Positions 1-13,300 of a stretch of 64,000 bases of DNA are shown piece after piece; position 1 is the first letter of the stretch; every line of letters starts with the position of its first letter. A model generated the notes under the pieces. It saw only the letters and a program-made list of their open reading frames with translations, was not told where the DNA came from and searched no databases. Origin of the DNA: Eledone cirrhosa (Eukaryota). The stretch spans positions 8,184,001 through 8,248,000 of the forward strand of contig OZ024758.1 in NCBI GenBank assembly GCA_964016885.1, written 5' to 3'. The position numbers and the translations under genes are program-made.

Positions 1-585
1 ATGCTCCGATGGATGTGTAATAGTAATATACGTAAACGGCAAAGCATAAACGAATTGAGAGAGAGACTGAGCATAAGAGGAATCAAATGCCATGTACAGG
101 AGAGGAGGTTGCGTTGGTATGGACATGTGATGTGTATGAAGGATGACAGCTGCATAAAAAGGTGCAGAGCACTAAAAGTCGATGGAAGCCATGGAGTGGG
201 GAGACCCAAGAAGACCTGGGATGAGGTGATAAAAGCAGACCTTGCCCAATTGCACCTCTCAAAGGCAATGAGACAGGACCTTGACTTCTGGCGTCACACA
301 GTAATACAGAAGACCCGACTTCCCACAGGAACAAGCTGAAGCCTTTAGATGATATGCCCTCCCACTGCAAAGAAGTCGTGGACGTATCATGACAAAAAGG
401 TGGCCAGCACTCACTGTAAATGAGGTTGGTGTTAGGAAGGGCATCGAGCTGTAGAAATCGAGCCAAAATCAGTTCCCGTATGAGCAAGACAAGCTCACCC
501 GACTTGACATTGCTCACAACAGGACAACCCATCTAACCCATGCTAGCATGGAAGAATGGACGTAAAACGATGATGATGATGATAT
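1..585 (+). mobile_element. RTE-clade LINE 3' end (ORF C-terminus, 3' UTR, (TGA)n tail)
   Basis: RRLRWYGHV...GRPKKTW motif, then a UTR ending in gatgatgat repeats. Confidence 0.85.
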
Positions 586-1554
586 ATATACATATATATA
601 CCATATATAACAGAAGGTGTGGTAAGATACCAGGTGGACGATAACCCATCAGAGTACTCAATACTTAGGATAGTAAAGTGGGTAATAGGGAAAGGGTCAG
701 GACCCTGACAGCTGAGCTCCAGCCGTTTCGACAGCTAGATTCGAACTAACCAGGTTTTTTTAGTTCGGATCTTGCTGTGGAAACGGCAGAGAAGAAGAAT
801 AATAAGACGGCACAGAAGAGAAAGAGAGATAAGAAGATTATTATTGTGGTGAGTGACCTAGGTGTAATAAATCTTCAATGACAACAAGATGTCTTAATAG
901 ACGGCGGTTAAGTACCAGGTTGATGTAAAAGATAAAATAAAATAAACTAATAAAGTAGACTTTTACTTGAGTGCTCCAATTCCCATATAGTGAAAACATT
1001 GATATATATATATATATATATATATATAATGGCAAGCTGTGTGGTTGCAATTAAGTATAATGAAAAATAAAAGTTACGGGCAAAAGAGAGGAATATCCAT
1101 CGTCAGTTGTCTGCTAGGAATCATAGGTATTTCTTCGCGTTAGAGACAAGATACCTCAGCCTAGGGCGAACAATAACTAAAATAAGTTATTGGGATAAAA
1201 GAAGGGGGGGGGGGGGGCATGTAGACAGACAGACACGAAGGGTGAAGCAACGTAAAGAGAGGAAAAATAGGAAAAATATCAAGTCAACAACTCATTTCGA
1301 ACGTAAGAACTGGCGAATTTTGACGAGAGAGAAAAAAGACACGTCTTAGCTGTAGCAGTGTTAGTGAGAGAAGAGGCTGCGTACAGTGGCGGACGAGGGA
1401 GGGAGTGAGCTAGTGGAGAGAGGATGACTAGCAGAGAGGGAGTGAGTGAAAGTAAGAGGAAGCGAGAAAGAGATAGTTATAGTGGCAGGGTAGCCGAGAG
1501 AAGGTGAGCGAAAGTAAGAGGGAGAAGGAGAGAGAAGGGGGAGAGAGAGCATAG

Positions 1555-2350
1555 AGAAGTTCCCATTGGCACCCAGTCTTAAACTCCTCTGTTATGACTT
1601 GGAGGACTATAATGAACAAGAGTGGGCTGAGGACCGAACCCTGATGTATCTGGAATTCCTCACTAAACTCCATTCCTATTCTCACTTTACTGACAGCACC
1701 CCTGTACATAGCTTGCACTGTCCTCACAAGCCATTCCTCTACACCTAGTTTCCTTAGGGACCACCAGATGACAGATCGGGATACCCTATCAAAAGCCTTC
1801 TCTAGGTCAACAAAAGCTAAGTATACTGGCTTATTCTTCTCTAAGAACCTCTCTTGTAGTTGCCTCACTAAGAAGAGAGCATCTGTTGTACTTTAACCAA
1901 ACTGCATCTCATCTAATTTGACCCTTTCTCTAATCAGTTGCGCTAATATTCTCTCTGCCACTTTCATAACCTGATCCATCAGTTTTATGCCCCTATAATT
2001 GCTCCTCTCTAGAGCATCTCCTTTACCTTTGTAGCAATTTATGAGAATACTGCTGCACCAGTCTTTGGGTATGACACCACCATATATAGCTTGATTAATG
2101 ATGCGTGCAACTAGTTTAGTGCCTATGTCCCCTGATGCCTTCAGCATCTCAGCAACTATCCCCGACAGTCCAGCAGCCTTACCATTCTTAATTTCCTTAA
2201 TTGCCTCTTGTACCCTATATTCGTCAATCTCAAAAGCTGGTCCCTCTGTCGGGTCTACTGGGGGTAATTCCTCTCTGTCCCATTCGTTCTCTACATTCAT
2301 CAGTCTCTCATTAGTAATCTTCTCTGGCTTCTTAATATTCTCTACCAGAT
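1555..2350 (-). mobile_element. Decayed RTE LINE reverse transcriptase fragment
   Basis: KNGKAAG...YKGKGD...NYRGIKL...QFG, then AFVDLEKAFDRV...HQGSVLSPLLF; frameshifted. Confidence 0.9.
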
Positions 2351-2545
2351 ATTTAGTCTTAATCTCATTCATTCTCAGCCCCACACTCATCGACAGTCTC
2401 CACCTCCTGCATCAAATCCTCTGCCTTCTTCACTGTGTTTGTTACCAAAACTATGTCATCGGCAAATTCAGCATCCGATATCTTTTTCGCCTTAACTCTC
2501 CTGCTCTGAGCCGGTGTTACAGTAAAGCCAGAGTCCTGGTAGTAG
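2351..2545 (-). mobile_element. Second LINE RT fragment
   Basis: DAEFADDIVL (YADD-like catalytic motif) followed by VGLRMNEIKTK. Confidence 0.7.
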
Positions 2546-2597
2546 TGCAAGGCGCATACAATATCGTACATATATATATATATATCATACATATATA

Positions 2598-2885
2598 TAT
2601 TGTTATATTTATGGAGGGTCATATTGTTATAATATTGCCAGAAATAATAATAAAACACAGTCGCTGTTTGGTTTGGATAGGTTTTCGCTTCTGTATATTT
2701 TATATCCCTATAGTCAATTAATGTTTATCATTGATTGACCAACGGTTAAAAATATAGATATAAATATATAGTCTATCAAATTTCTTTCATCACACGCCTG
2801 TGACATCATCAGTGGTACTATTCTGTTTACTCCTGTTGTATTGCAATGTCTTCTCCATTTTTATCTTTATTTATTTATTTATTTG
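2598..2885 (-). mobile_element. TA-associated Penelope-like non-autonomous element with hammerhead motif (family B copy 1)
   Basis: Homologous to 30381-30625; ends in a TA-rich repeat; HHR motif at about 2775-2816. Confidence 0.65.
2775..2816 (-). ncRNA. Hammerhead ribozyme motif
   Basis: CUGAUGA-U-GUCACA ggcg UGUGAU-GAAA on the minus strand. Confidence 0.55.
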
Positions 2886-2974
2886 ATCATGGGTGTTTTC
2901 TGTTTGGTGTGTGTTTGTGTCTGTGTGTGTTTGTATTCTATTTTTTTCACTATGTATTCTATTTTTTTTTATAT

Positions 2975-3308
2975 GGAGGCACATGGCTTAGTGGTTAGAG
3001 CATTGGCCTTGCAATCGAAAGGTTGTGAGTTCAATTCTCAGACCGGGTGATGTGTTGTTTCCTTGAGCAAGACACTTTATTTGACATTACTCCAGTTTAC
3101 CCAGCTGTAGAAATGAGATGATAGGGACTGGTGTCCATATCATTCCAAGAGGTCGTGGAGGTGCCACGGCAAAAAAGCACCCAGCACTCACTGTAAATGA
3201 GGTTGGTGTTAGGAAGGGCATCCAGCTGTAGAAATCAAGCCAGAATCAGTTCCCGTCCCACCCTTGCAAGCAGGGAAAAGTGGACGTAAAATGAAATGAA
3301 ATGATGAA
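2975..3308 (+). mobile_element. tRNA-derived SINE with CORE/Meta-like centre and RTE-derived tail
   Basis: A-box TGGCTTAGTGG, B-box-like GAGTTCAATTC, CCTTGAGCAAGACACTT domain. The tail is nearly identical to the LINE UTR at about 390-480. Confidence 0.8.
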
Positions 3309-3614
3309 ATGATATATCATACATATATATATCATACATATATATATATCATATATATATACACATATATCATACATATATATATATATCATACATATAT
3401 ATATATATCATATATATACATATATATCATATATATATATACATATATATATATACATATATCATACATATATATCATATATATACATATATATATATAT
3501 ATACATGCAATATATATGTATACACAATACATAAACACACACACACATTATATATATATATAAACAGTTCAGATACACGTTCATACCAGCCTCCGTCGAT
3601 GGACAGTTACTCCG

Positions 3615-3651
<37 letters not shown>

Positions 3652-3841
3652 ATAATCACAAATAGATATCAAAATATAATTATTTCAATCATATTAAACC
3701 ATAAACAGCTCAAGGCTTAAACTGGATAAAAACCACATACAATACAATACGCACATACGTATTCAATACATTAATTATACATACATACACACATACATAC
3801 ATACATATATAAAACTAATCTATATATATATACAACTAATC

Positions 3842-3902
<61 letters not shown>

Positions 3903-4102
3903 ATAGATATATAGATATATTCACGAATACAATAGTATATACATAGTTACATGTTTATTTTATTACAAGATGAAGGTTTTTTTGAATGATGACTATGGTA
4001 TAGTATTTATGTTGCTGATTGTTTGAGAGATCCAAACAATGGGAAAACAAAGAGGAAACTGAAACTCGGAGTTGGGAATAATGAAGCTCCAGTTTCCAAT
4101 AT

Positions 4103-4163
<61 letters not shown>

Positions 4164-4247
4164 GAAAAATTTGAACAGGGACAAAACAGAGAGGCAGTAC
4201 AACGAATGTTTATTAATTTCACGCTCTGGAGAGTGGGGTGTTGGTGG

Positions 4248-4285
4248 GGGACGACGTTTCGGGCATAAGCCCTTCCTCAGGTGAG
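4248..4285 (-). ncRNA. Minimal hammerhead ribozyme motif
   Basis: Minus strand reads CUGAGGA-A-GGGC UUAU GCCC-GAAAC-GUC, with AATAAA downstream (4209-4214) and then (TA)n. Stem I is weak. Confidence 0.6.
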
Positions 4286-4724
4286 AAGTGTGTGGGAACA
4301 GAGTTCAAAGGGTGTGTAGGGGAGTGGTGGAGAGAGACATATAGCGAAAGGAAACGGTGCGAATGAAAAAAATAAAAATAAAAATAAAAATAAAAATAAA
4401 AATAAAAATAAAGCATGATCAAAATACAAGGAATGAAATAAATTTAAATAAAAAAGCATGATCAAAATAAACTGAAATTAAAAGGGGGGTAAAACAGGTG
4501 GTGGAAGGGTGTGGGGTGTGTAGGGGTGGTGGCGGGTGGAGTGGGGAGAGGGAGACGGGGTGTCCGAGCGGGGAGGGCTGAAGGTGGTGTGTGTGTGTAC
4601 GTGTGTGTGTGTGTGTGTATGTGAAAGTAAATGGAAAAAATGAAATTTCATTTCTCACTCTTAGTACGGCTGATCCTTTACAAACAAAACCGAACATTAT
4701 AATAAATGTTCGGTAAACCCTTAC

Positions 4725-4764
<40 letters not shown>

Positions 4765-4981
4765 TATATATAATATATAAGATCAAAAGATGGTTAAAAG
4801 AGTTCCGTGTATTTTATTACCCATCTTTTGATCTTATATATTATGTATACTCCAGTTTTATATATTATGTATACAATAAAGCAATGCAGATATCGGATAA
4901 GAAGCACTCTACAGTTTGTAGGACTGGAGTATACATCATATATAAGATCAAAAGATGGAACTCTTTTAACCATCTTTTGTT

Positions 4982-5045
<64 letters not shown>

Positions 5046-5111
5046 CATGTATATATATACATACTATTGTACGTCTGTATACATATATGTATGTACGTAT
5101 ACATACTTATA

Positions 5112-5165
<54 letters not shown>

Positions 5166-5724
5166 CTATCCTATTTATATATATTTAGTTTATTTTCCTC
5201 CTATATGTAAACAGAAACGTCACCAGAACATGTACATTAAAGGATACATAATATATGTGTATAGGGAGAGTATACAAGCATTATATAATAATATAACTAT
5301 ATATATTTCTTAAACATTTTTTTTTTTAAATATAAACCAATACGTAATAAATACACAAGTATATATAACGATAATGTCTAGAGGAAAATATAATCTGGTT
5401 GCTTGACGTGTACATGTTTTAAAATCGGGGATCAGTATCCGATTTAGTGTATTAGTATATTGATCCCCCAATTTATAACATATTTTAAGGGGAAAAAATA
5501 TATGTATATTTTTTGGTCTGTGTGTTCATAAGGTTTTCACTCCCAAGGACACAACCATAAAATAACATGTATAACAAAAAAAAGGGGGAAATATAATTTG
5601 AAAGATATCATACCTCAAGTTTCAAACGATGAATCCTACCATCAACAGAAGACAATACCAAATATAGTATAGAAATTGTTAACAAAACTACTGGATAGCT
5701 TCTCATCTTAGCAGTTACGGACAT

Positions 5725-5780
5725 GTTGCTAATGACGTCTGCTACGTACTGATTAAGAAACAAGGGCTGTGATTGGTCAA
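5725..5780 (+). promoter_or_regulatory. Candidate SETD3 proximal promoter motifs
   Basis: CRE-like TGACGTCT at 5733-5740 and reverse CCAAT (ATTGG) at 5772-5776, about 90-130 nt upstream of the ATG. Confidence 0.35.
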
Positions 5781-5864
5781 AATCTTTAAATTCTCGACTG
5801 AAAACAAGAAAAAGTAACTCTTGACACTTTTATTTATCATTTTCATTATTTTTATATTTTCAAA

Positions 5865-6604
5865 ATGGGGAAAAAGAACAGAAAACCTGTCTCACAGACA
5901 CAATCTTCGGGAAATCATTGTCTAGACAGAAGTACAAAGAAGGATATTTTAGAATTATGTAACCAGCTTCTAGAAAAATGCACTCGTTCGAATGGTGCTG
6001 GGCCAAAAGATTGGGATGAGTATATGGTGATATATAATTTAGTTGAAAAAATTAGAGAAAAGCAGAAACATTTGGTTAGTGTTGTTCAAAATACAACACG
6101 AGAATGGAGCACGTTTTTACGATGGCTCAAAGAAAATGATGTAGAGGATTCTCGTGTAGCTGTAGACGAGTTTCCTATTTATGGTTTTGGACTGAGAGCA
6201 ACCCAGAACCTAAAAGAAGGCGATTTGTTTTTGTCTATTCCACGAAAACTGATGATCAGTACAGAAACAGCAAGCCGATCTCAAATGGGATTTCTAATTG
6301 AAGAAGATAAATTACTTCAAAGTATGCCAAATGTTGTACTTGCTATCCATTTGTTGGGTGAATCAAAGAATCCCGAGTCATTCTGGTACCCATACATCAA
6401 CTGCTTGCCAAAAACATATAATACAACATTATATTTTACTCCTGAAGAATTAAAGCTGTTAAAAGGTTCTCCTGTCATGACAGAAGCATTTAATCATTAT
6501 CAAAGAATTGCCCGTCAGTATGCATATTTCTACAAACTTTTCCAAAATAACCATTATGCGAGAAAATTTCCATTAAGGGAGGGTTTCACTTACGATGATT
6601 ACAG
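5865..6604 (+). CDS. SETD3: SETD3 actin-histidine N-methyltransferase, exon 1 (N-terminal and first part of SET domain)
   Basis: ORF has GFGLRATQNLKEGDLFLSIPRKLMI, MPNVVLAIHLL, SFWYPYINCLP and IARQYAYFYKL...FTYDDYR, all typical of SETD3. Donor AG|GTATGG at 6604/6605, phase 2. Confidence 0.93.
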
Positions 6605-7004
6605 GTATGGCATCAGTTCATTTGTTTATCTTAACGGAAAGAGGGACGAGACATTTTCAGATAATTTAACGTTTTAGGGTTGTACTAATTTTTATTCACA
6701 TTTATTCACTATTTTTTTTTTTTATTCAACATTACAAATTGTTCTCAATTTTTTCAGAATGAAAATATAAACACGTATAATAAATGCAATTAACTATTGC
6801 TAGAAACCTTACAAATACAACACCGAAATACGCGATCTAAGCGAGAGAAAAATAAACAAAAACGACCACCAAGTGCGGCAATTGACCGCACATCACAAGA
6901 GCCAACAGAAATGTCTAACGAATAGGCTATGTAGCCGGTAAACCCTAAAGAGACACAACACACCATCGCTATAGCGTTTCACCAGCCCCTTCCCTCCTGT
7001 TGTC

Positions 7005-7365
7005 TCTATCTGTGTATGTATTTACGTGTAGATGTGTGTGTGTATGTAACTAAAGTGTAGATGTGCCTGTATGTATTTACGTGTAGATGTGTGTGTGTGT
7101 ATGTAACTAAAGTGTAGATGAGTGTGTGTGTATGTAACTAAAGTGTAGATGTGTGTGTGTGTGTGTATGTATTTACGTGTAGATGTGTGTGTATGTATTT
7201 ACGTGTAGATGTGTGTGTATGTAACTAAAGTGTAGATGTGTGTGTATGTATTTACGTGTAGATGTGTGTGTATGTATTTACGTGTGGATGTGTGTGTATG
7301 TAACTAAAGTAATGATGTGTGTGTATGTCCGTGTTGATGTGTGTGTATGTAATTAAAGTGTAACG
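7005..7365. repeat. Degenerate minisatellite built on (GT)n
   Basis: Units such as gtgtagatgtgtgtgtatgta(actaaa/tttac). Confidence 0.8.
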
Positions 7366-7469
7366 TACGTTACGAATGGACGATTAAATGATTTTAACTT
7401 GTTTTTTTTAACAATTGATGGTGGAAAAGATTTCAAATTGTCTTAAGTGATGGTGTCTGACACTCTTAC

Positions 7470-7680
7470 CGGCTATAGCCTCTTCCAATTTTTAAAGGCA
7501 AGCCAACACGCTGGCAGCATTAGCGCGAGGGATGGTGAGGCTAAGGTGCTGGTAACTACCAAGCACCCCCTCACGAGCATCTTCTGACACCTTGGTAAAG
7601 ACGAGCCGCTAATTAATGACAAGAACTTCGCTGTCAGCGGCCCAACTCCATCAAACATCTCCAACGTCCTTTGGCAACAA
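7470..7680 (-). mobile_element. CRE/RLE-type non-LTR element C-terminal fragment
   Basis: EMFDGVGPLTAKFL...DAREG...QHLSLTIPRANAASVLAC, frameshifted. Confidence 0.65.
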
Positions 7681-7984
7681 ATGACTTGATGTGAAGTTGT
7701 ATATTGGAACCAAAATAATTACTGCGTAGAAGAAACACTAGCCATTAAAAACACACACAATCTTTACTATATATTTGTTATGTATTTCTTGGTGTCAAAA
7801 GTTTCGTCGATTTATCTGCGATTTGGTCACTGATGGTTTCTTCTGGATGCAGTACGGCGAAAATGATGTTAACACCAAGAAAGAAATAATTGTTTCTACT
7901 TTTGGCACAAGGCCAGTAATTAACCAGTGTATTACTGGTACTTTATTTTATCGACCCCGTAAGGATGAAAGGCAAAGTTAACCT

Positions 7985-8349
7985 CGAGAGAGAGTCGGCT
8001 GAAATGTTGATAGGCTGACCGAGATACTCTCATGGAATGACCAAATGAGGTTTATTTTCGCAACATAGTACCCGGCAAGAAACAATGCAGTTATTAATAG
8101 GAAGAGTTGAAATTAATGCATGCAAGATTTCACAGCTCTAGCACAATTCCTTCATAGGCTGACCGAGATACTCTCATGAAATGACCAAATGAGGTTTATT
8201 TTCGCAACATAGTACCCGGCAAGAAACAATGCAGTTATTAATAGGAAGAGTTGAAATTAATGCATGCAAGATTTCACAGCCCTAGCATCATTCCTTCATA
8301 CTTAGCTTATGAACTTTTCAGCTTACGTATATATATAAAATAAAGTTAA
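7985..8349. mobile_element. Tc1/mariner-derived MITE with 144-bp internal tandem duplication
   Basis: Ends resemble the TIR at about 54555 (gagggttggttgaaagattcataggctgac). The segment at 8011 recurs at 8155. Confidence 0.6.
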
Positions 8350-8547
8350 CAGTTTTTGTGTATGGTGTGGCTAAAATTACTCTACATTTGTATCACAACT
8401 TCGGTTTTGATGGGATTTTACTCCGCAGAGTGGACATGACAAGACAATAGGAAATTTGGATAAAGAATAATCCTTAAAATGAATTTATATTTTGTTAGCG
8501 GTTAAAAACCTATCCTCTTTTTTAATATTGAACACACACACACATAC

Positions 8548-8613
<66 letters not shown>

Positions 8614-9849
8614 GAAAAGAGTCAGGACCCCGACGGCTGAGATCCGGCAGCTGTCGAAACGGCCGGAGTTCAGTCATCGAGGTCTTGACTCTTTTCCTAT
8701 TACCTACTCTTCTACCCTAAGTATCGAATAATCTGGTGTGTTATGGTCCACCTGAGTCCAGAAATAGCCGTCGAAACGGCTGGAGCTCTGCCGTCGGAGT
8801 CTTGAACTTTTTCCTATATATATATTTATTAAAATAATAGATTAAAGTTTAAGCAAAGAATTATTAGCTCTACGGTTCTTATATATTTGATATATATTTA
8901 TCCTTATCGAGCCCTCTTTGGATTTTAGTCTTCAAATTTATTATTATTACTATATATATATATATTGAAGTAGTTTCACAATAGTTAGTTCACCATTACC
9001 GAGGACAACTGTTGTGGAACTACTTCTACCAAACTCGCCCCATGGACTGAGTACTCTACTACTACAGATATAACTCACCAGTATATATATATATAGAGGG
9101 GGGGGGTGTATAAGATTTTCGACTCGGCTTCATTACCTCGCAAGATACGAATGTAATTTTATATATATTACTCATACATACAGACATTTGCCTGTGTATA
9201 TACTGATTTAGAACTGTTTGAATTAACTGAAGTATAATGAGTGTCAGATTTAAGTGTACAAAAATATAATAGTCTTAATTTGAGGAGTGCTTGTCTATGT
9301 ATGTGTCTATATAAACACTCACACACACAAGCGAGAGTCGATTATATCGACCCAAATTCTCGACTGGTACTTTATTTTATCAACCTAGAAAGGACGAAAA
9401 GCAAAGTTGATCTCGGTAAGATTTAAACGTAAAGAGCCTTAACTAAACGCCGCAAATCATTGTGTTACACGCTCCAACGATTCTGCCTACGCTCCATCGT
9501 AAATAATTGCTAACCTTAATATAGCATGTCAACTATAAATGTAAAAGGAAAATCAAGCTGAACTATTTTATTTTATGTATGTGTCATTTTGAGAGAATAG
9601 TACATTAGGGTATTCGGCGATAAAGCACTGTTGCTCACCCTCGCCCTCTCGATCATTACACTTCACACACACACATTTATATATATGTATGTATGCATAT
9701 GTGGAGTGGGGTACTCATCAACAACTTGACTGCCCTAAAAATATCAGGAGAAATGTTATATTTTATAACTCGCTGTACAATATCGATGTAAAACAAATTC
9801 TCACAGAATATTTCCCCACTTCCACCAACTATTCAACAAAACATGTCTT

Positions 9850-11950
9850 CTTCATCACCCACTTAATCTTGGGAGGGTCTTGGGGGCAGGCAGAGTCCTC
9901 AAACACTCCTGCCAGCCGTCAGAAGCAACCATCTCCAACTGATCCAGCTGGATCCCCAAGCGAGACCAGCCAAGCTCATGGATGTTATCCAACCACCTTG
10001 CACAGGGTCTACTCCTGGGTCTCTTGCCCGTAAAATCTGTCCAGCGATTTTTTACTGAGACATTCTAACCACATGCCCATAGTATCGGAGCTGTGATCTC
10101 TCAATTCGGAGGGGCGGAGTGGCTCTACCAGGAATGATTCTCTGATCCCCAAGCTACAGACTCTATCAAGTAACGCTACTCCAGAGACCCTTTGAAGGAA
10201 CCCCATTTCGGCTGCTTGTATTCATGATTGTATTCTTCCAGTCATTACCCAAGATTCATAACCATGGGTAAGGGATGGCACAAAAACCAAATTGAAGACA
10301 GCGAGTTTGGCTTTTACACCCACCTCCCTTCTTCTAATTACTGAATGCTGAAGCTGGTGCATTACTGCACCAGCTCCTGCAATCCTTGCCCTTAATTCAG
10401 CCTCTTGTCTTCCATCACTCATTAACACATCCCCGAGATACTTGAACTCCTCTACCTGCTTCAGTGGAACTCCATTCACATGTAGAGTGCACTGCGCAGG
10501 CTTCTTTGACAGGACGAGCGTCTCAGTTTTACTGCGCTGACTTTCATTACAGCCATGCAGCATTCGGCATCAAACCTATCAAGTGCAAGTCGGAGACCAC
10601 CTTCTGTCGAGTTAAGTAACACCATGTCGTCTGCAAATTCCAGTCAACTGATTTTACATCCACCAGTCATGATATCACTTCTAACCTGGCTGAACATGTC
10701 GATCCTGTTCATGAAAATAATGAACAGGAGTGGTGACAGTGTGCACTCTTGGCGGAGTTGACTCTCACATTGAATGGTTCCACTTTAGCACCATTTACCC
10801 GAACACAAATACTCGGACATTTGTATAGAGACATCAGGGCAGCAAGAAACTGACCATCATTCCCATACTCCTGCACAGCCTTCCACAGAAGGTACCGAGG
10901 AAGAGTCATATGACTTTCCAAAGTCAACAAAACAAGAATATACATCTTGGCAATACTCCCGCGATTTCTCGAAGACCTGTTGCAGTGTGAATATTTGGTT
11001 GGCTGTGCTGCAACTGGGGCAAAAACCACACTGTTCATCAACTAGCTTGGACTTAACAATCTCCCTGCATCTCTTTGCCAGACACTTAGCATAGACCTTA
11101 CTAGGGAGGCTTAACAAGATCTCTCTGTAATTGGAACAATCTCTTTTGCCTTCTATTTTGAAAATTGGGATTATCACTCCTGACTGCCATTGCTTAGGTG
11201 CCTTTCCAGAGATCCAGGCCACCTGGCACCTATGAGTCAGCCAGAGAACACCTCTATTTAAGGCTTTTAACATCTCGGGCTGGATTTCATCTTCCCCAGT
11301 GGCCTTGCCACTTTTGATCTCGTTAACTGCACTTGTGACCTCAGCCTCTGAGAGATTAGTTACTCCTCCCAGATGCACCTCGTGTACATCAGAAGATGCT
11401 GTTGTGATCAGGTTTAGGGGATCAGCAAAGTATTCTCTCCACCTTATGAGGATGCACCTCTCAGAAGAGCAGTGAACCCCAGACGCATTTGTGATAGCAG
11501 GTGTGAATGAGGGCTTATTATAAAGTTGGCGAATGGTCTGCCAGAACACTTTTATTTGCTGATCTGAAGTTGGATTCCAACTTAACACCAAAGTCCTCTC
11601 ACTTTAGATGCCTTTACTGTCTCTGCTGCAATTCTTTGTGCCTGCTTGTACTGCAAGTACAAGCAGGAGGACTTATTTCCAAGCCAAGCTTTGTAAGTCT
11701 CCTTTGCTCAGATGACATTCTTCACCTCTTGATTGAACCAAGATGTCCTTCTACCATCTGGCCTCACACCAAGCCTCTTTTGTGTGCAGCTGAAGTAGAA
11801 ACTGCTGCGCTGAACAATTTCCACTCCGTCTCCACGTCCCCAGTTTGCTCAGGGAGTTCTCTAAATTAGGATGCAATAATATCTGCATACCTGGTCCTGA
11901 CTTCCTTATCTACCAAAGTTTCCCACTTTATCCTGTAGGCCACCCTCGAC
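9850..11950 (-). mobile_element. Decayed RTE LINE (RT and C-terminus) inside the SETD3 intron
   Basis: KSGKATGEDEI...IIPIFK...CSNYR...QCGF...CFVDFGKSYD, and later LKQVEEFKYLG...LTHGYESW. Confidence 0.9.
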
Positions 11951-12060
11951 CTGTTGGTTTTGTGGGTTTCTGTACTAAATAATAAAGAGTGTTGGGAAGG
12001 CCGGTACAATGTTGATAGAAATATAAAGATGGAACTGTTGTTTTGTCATTCCCTTTTTTT

Positions 12061-13002
12061 ACCCCCTCCAATGTTTTTACTCTCTATATTCCATAATATT
12101 TTAAGGAAAAGATCTTTATATTTTACCCCCTCCAATGTTTTTACTCTCTATATTCCATAATATTTTAAGGAAAAGATCTTTATATTTTAGCCCACTCCAA
12201 TGTTTTTACTCTATATATTTCATATTTTAAGGAAAATATCTTCGTATTTTAGCCCACTCCAATGTTTTTACTCTATATATTTCATATTTTAAGGAAAATA
12301 TCTTCGTATTTTAGCCCACTCCAAATGTTTTTACTCTATATATTTCATATTTTAAGGAAAAGATCTTTATATTTTAGCCCACTCCAATGTTTTTACTCTA
12401 TATTCCATAATATTTTAAGGAAAAGATCTTTATATTTTACCCCCTCCAATGTTTTTACTCTCTATATTCCATAATATTTTAAGGAAAAGATCTTTATATT
12501 TTACCCCCTCCAATGTTTTTACTCTCTATATTCCATAATATTTTAAGGAAAAGATCTTTATATTTTACCCCCTCCAATGTTTTTACTCTCTATATTCCAT
12601 AATATTTTAAGGAAAAGATCTTTATATTTTACCCCCTCCAATGTTTTTACTCTCTATATTCCATAATATTTTAAGGAAAAGATCTTTATATTTTACCCCC
12701 TCCAATGTTTTTACTCTCTATATTCCATAATATTTTAAGGAAAAGATCTTTATATTTTACCCCCTCCAATGTTTTTACTCTCTATATTCCATAATATTTT
12801 AAGGAAAAGATCTTTATATTTTACCCCCTCCAATGTTTTTACTCTCTATATTCCATAATATTTTAAGGAAAAGATCTTTATATTTTACCCCCTCCAATGT
12901 TTTTACTCTCTATATTCCATAATATTTTAAGGAAAAGATCTTTATATTTTAGCCCACTCCAATGTTTTTACTCTCTATATTTCATAATATTTTAAGGAAA
13001 AG
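12061..13002. repeat. 64-bp minisatellite, about 15 copies, in the SETD3 intron
   Basis: Unit accccctccaatgtttttactctctatattccataatattttaaggaaaagatctttatatttt; period 64 seen at 12503, 12567 and 12631. Confidence 0.95.
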
Positions 13003-13099
13003 GCCTTCTTTTTTTTACTCTACTCCAGTTCCATTTTTCTATTTCTATCTACATGGTACCAGCTTTATTACATATCTCACAATACCTCATATAAACTGT

Positions 13100-13300
13100 A
13101 CCATTATGTCAAGTATAAAGAGTTGCAAAACAGTGGAAGAAGCTGACATGCTATTGCCGTAATATATAGAACTTTGCCCCCTATCCATTGTATGTTGTGT
13201 TGATGTTTTAAACAATAATACATCAACAAGCTATATAAGTTGTTACAGCTCTCACCTATGTAGATTTTGCTGACCTTCTGAGGCTGCATCTCATAGGCAG
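13100..13300 (-). mobile_element. Possible Penelope GIY-YIG fragment
   Basis: KIYIGESCNNL...HNIQWIGGKVLY resembles the PLE endonuclease pattern YIGET...H.xxW...KIL. Confidence 0.4.

Noticed and set aside
6605-6677. Continuation of ORF 5865-6677 to its stop
   Set aside because: Intronic read-through past the donor at 6605. Likewise 14918-14970 is intron.
12061-13002. Regular repeat arrays resembling CRISPR (also 52140-53160 and 63518-64000)
   Set aside because: Units are contiguous with no unique spacers, there are no cas genes, and the context is eukaryotic.
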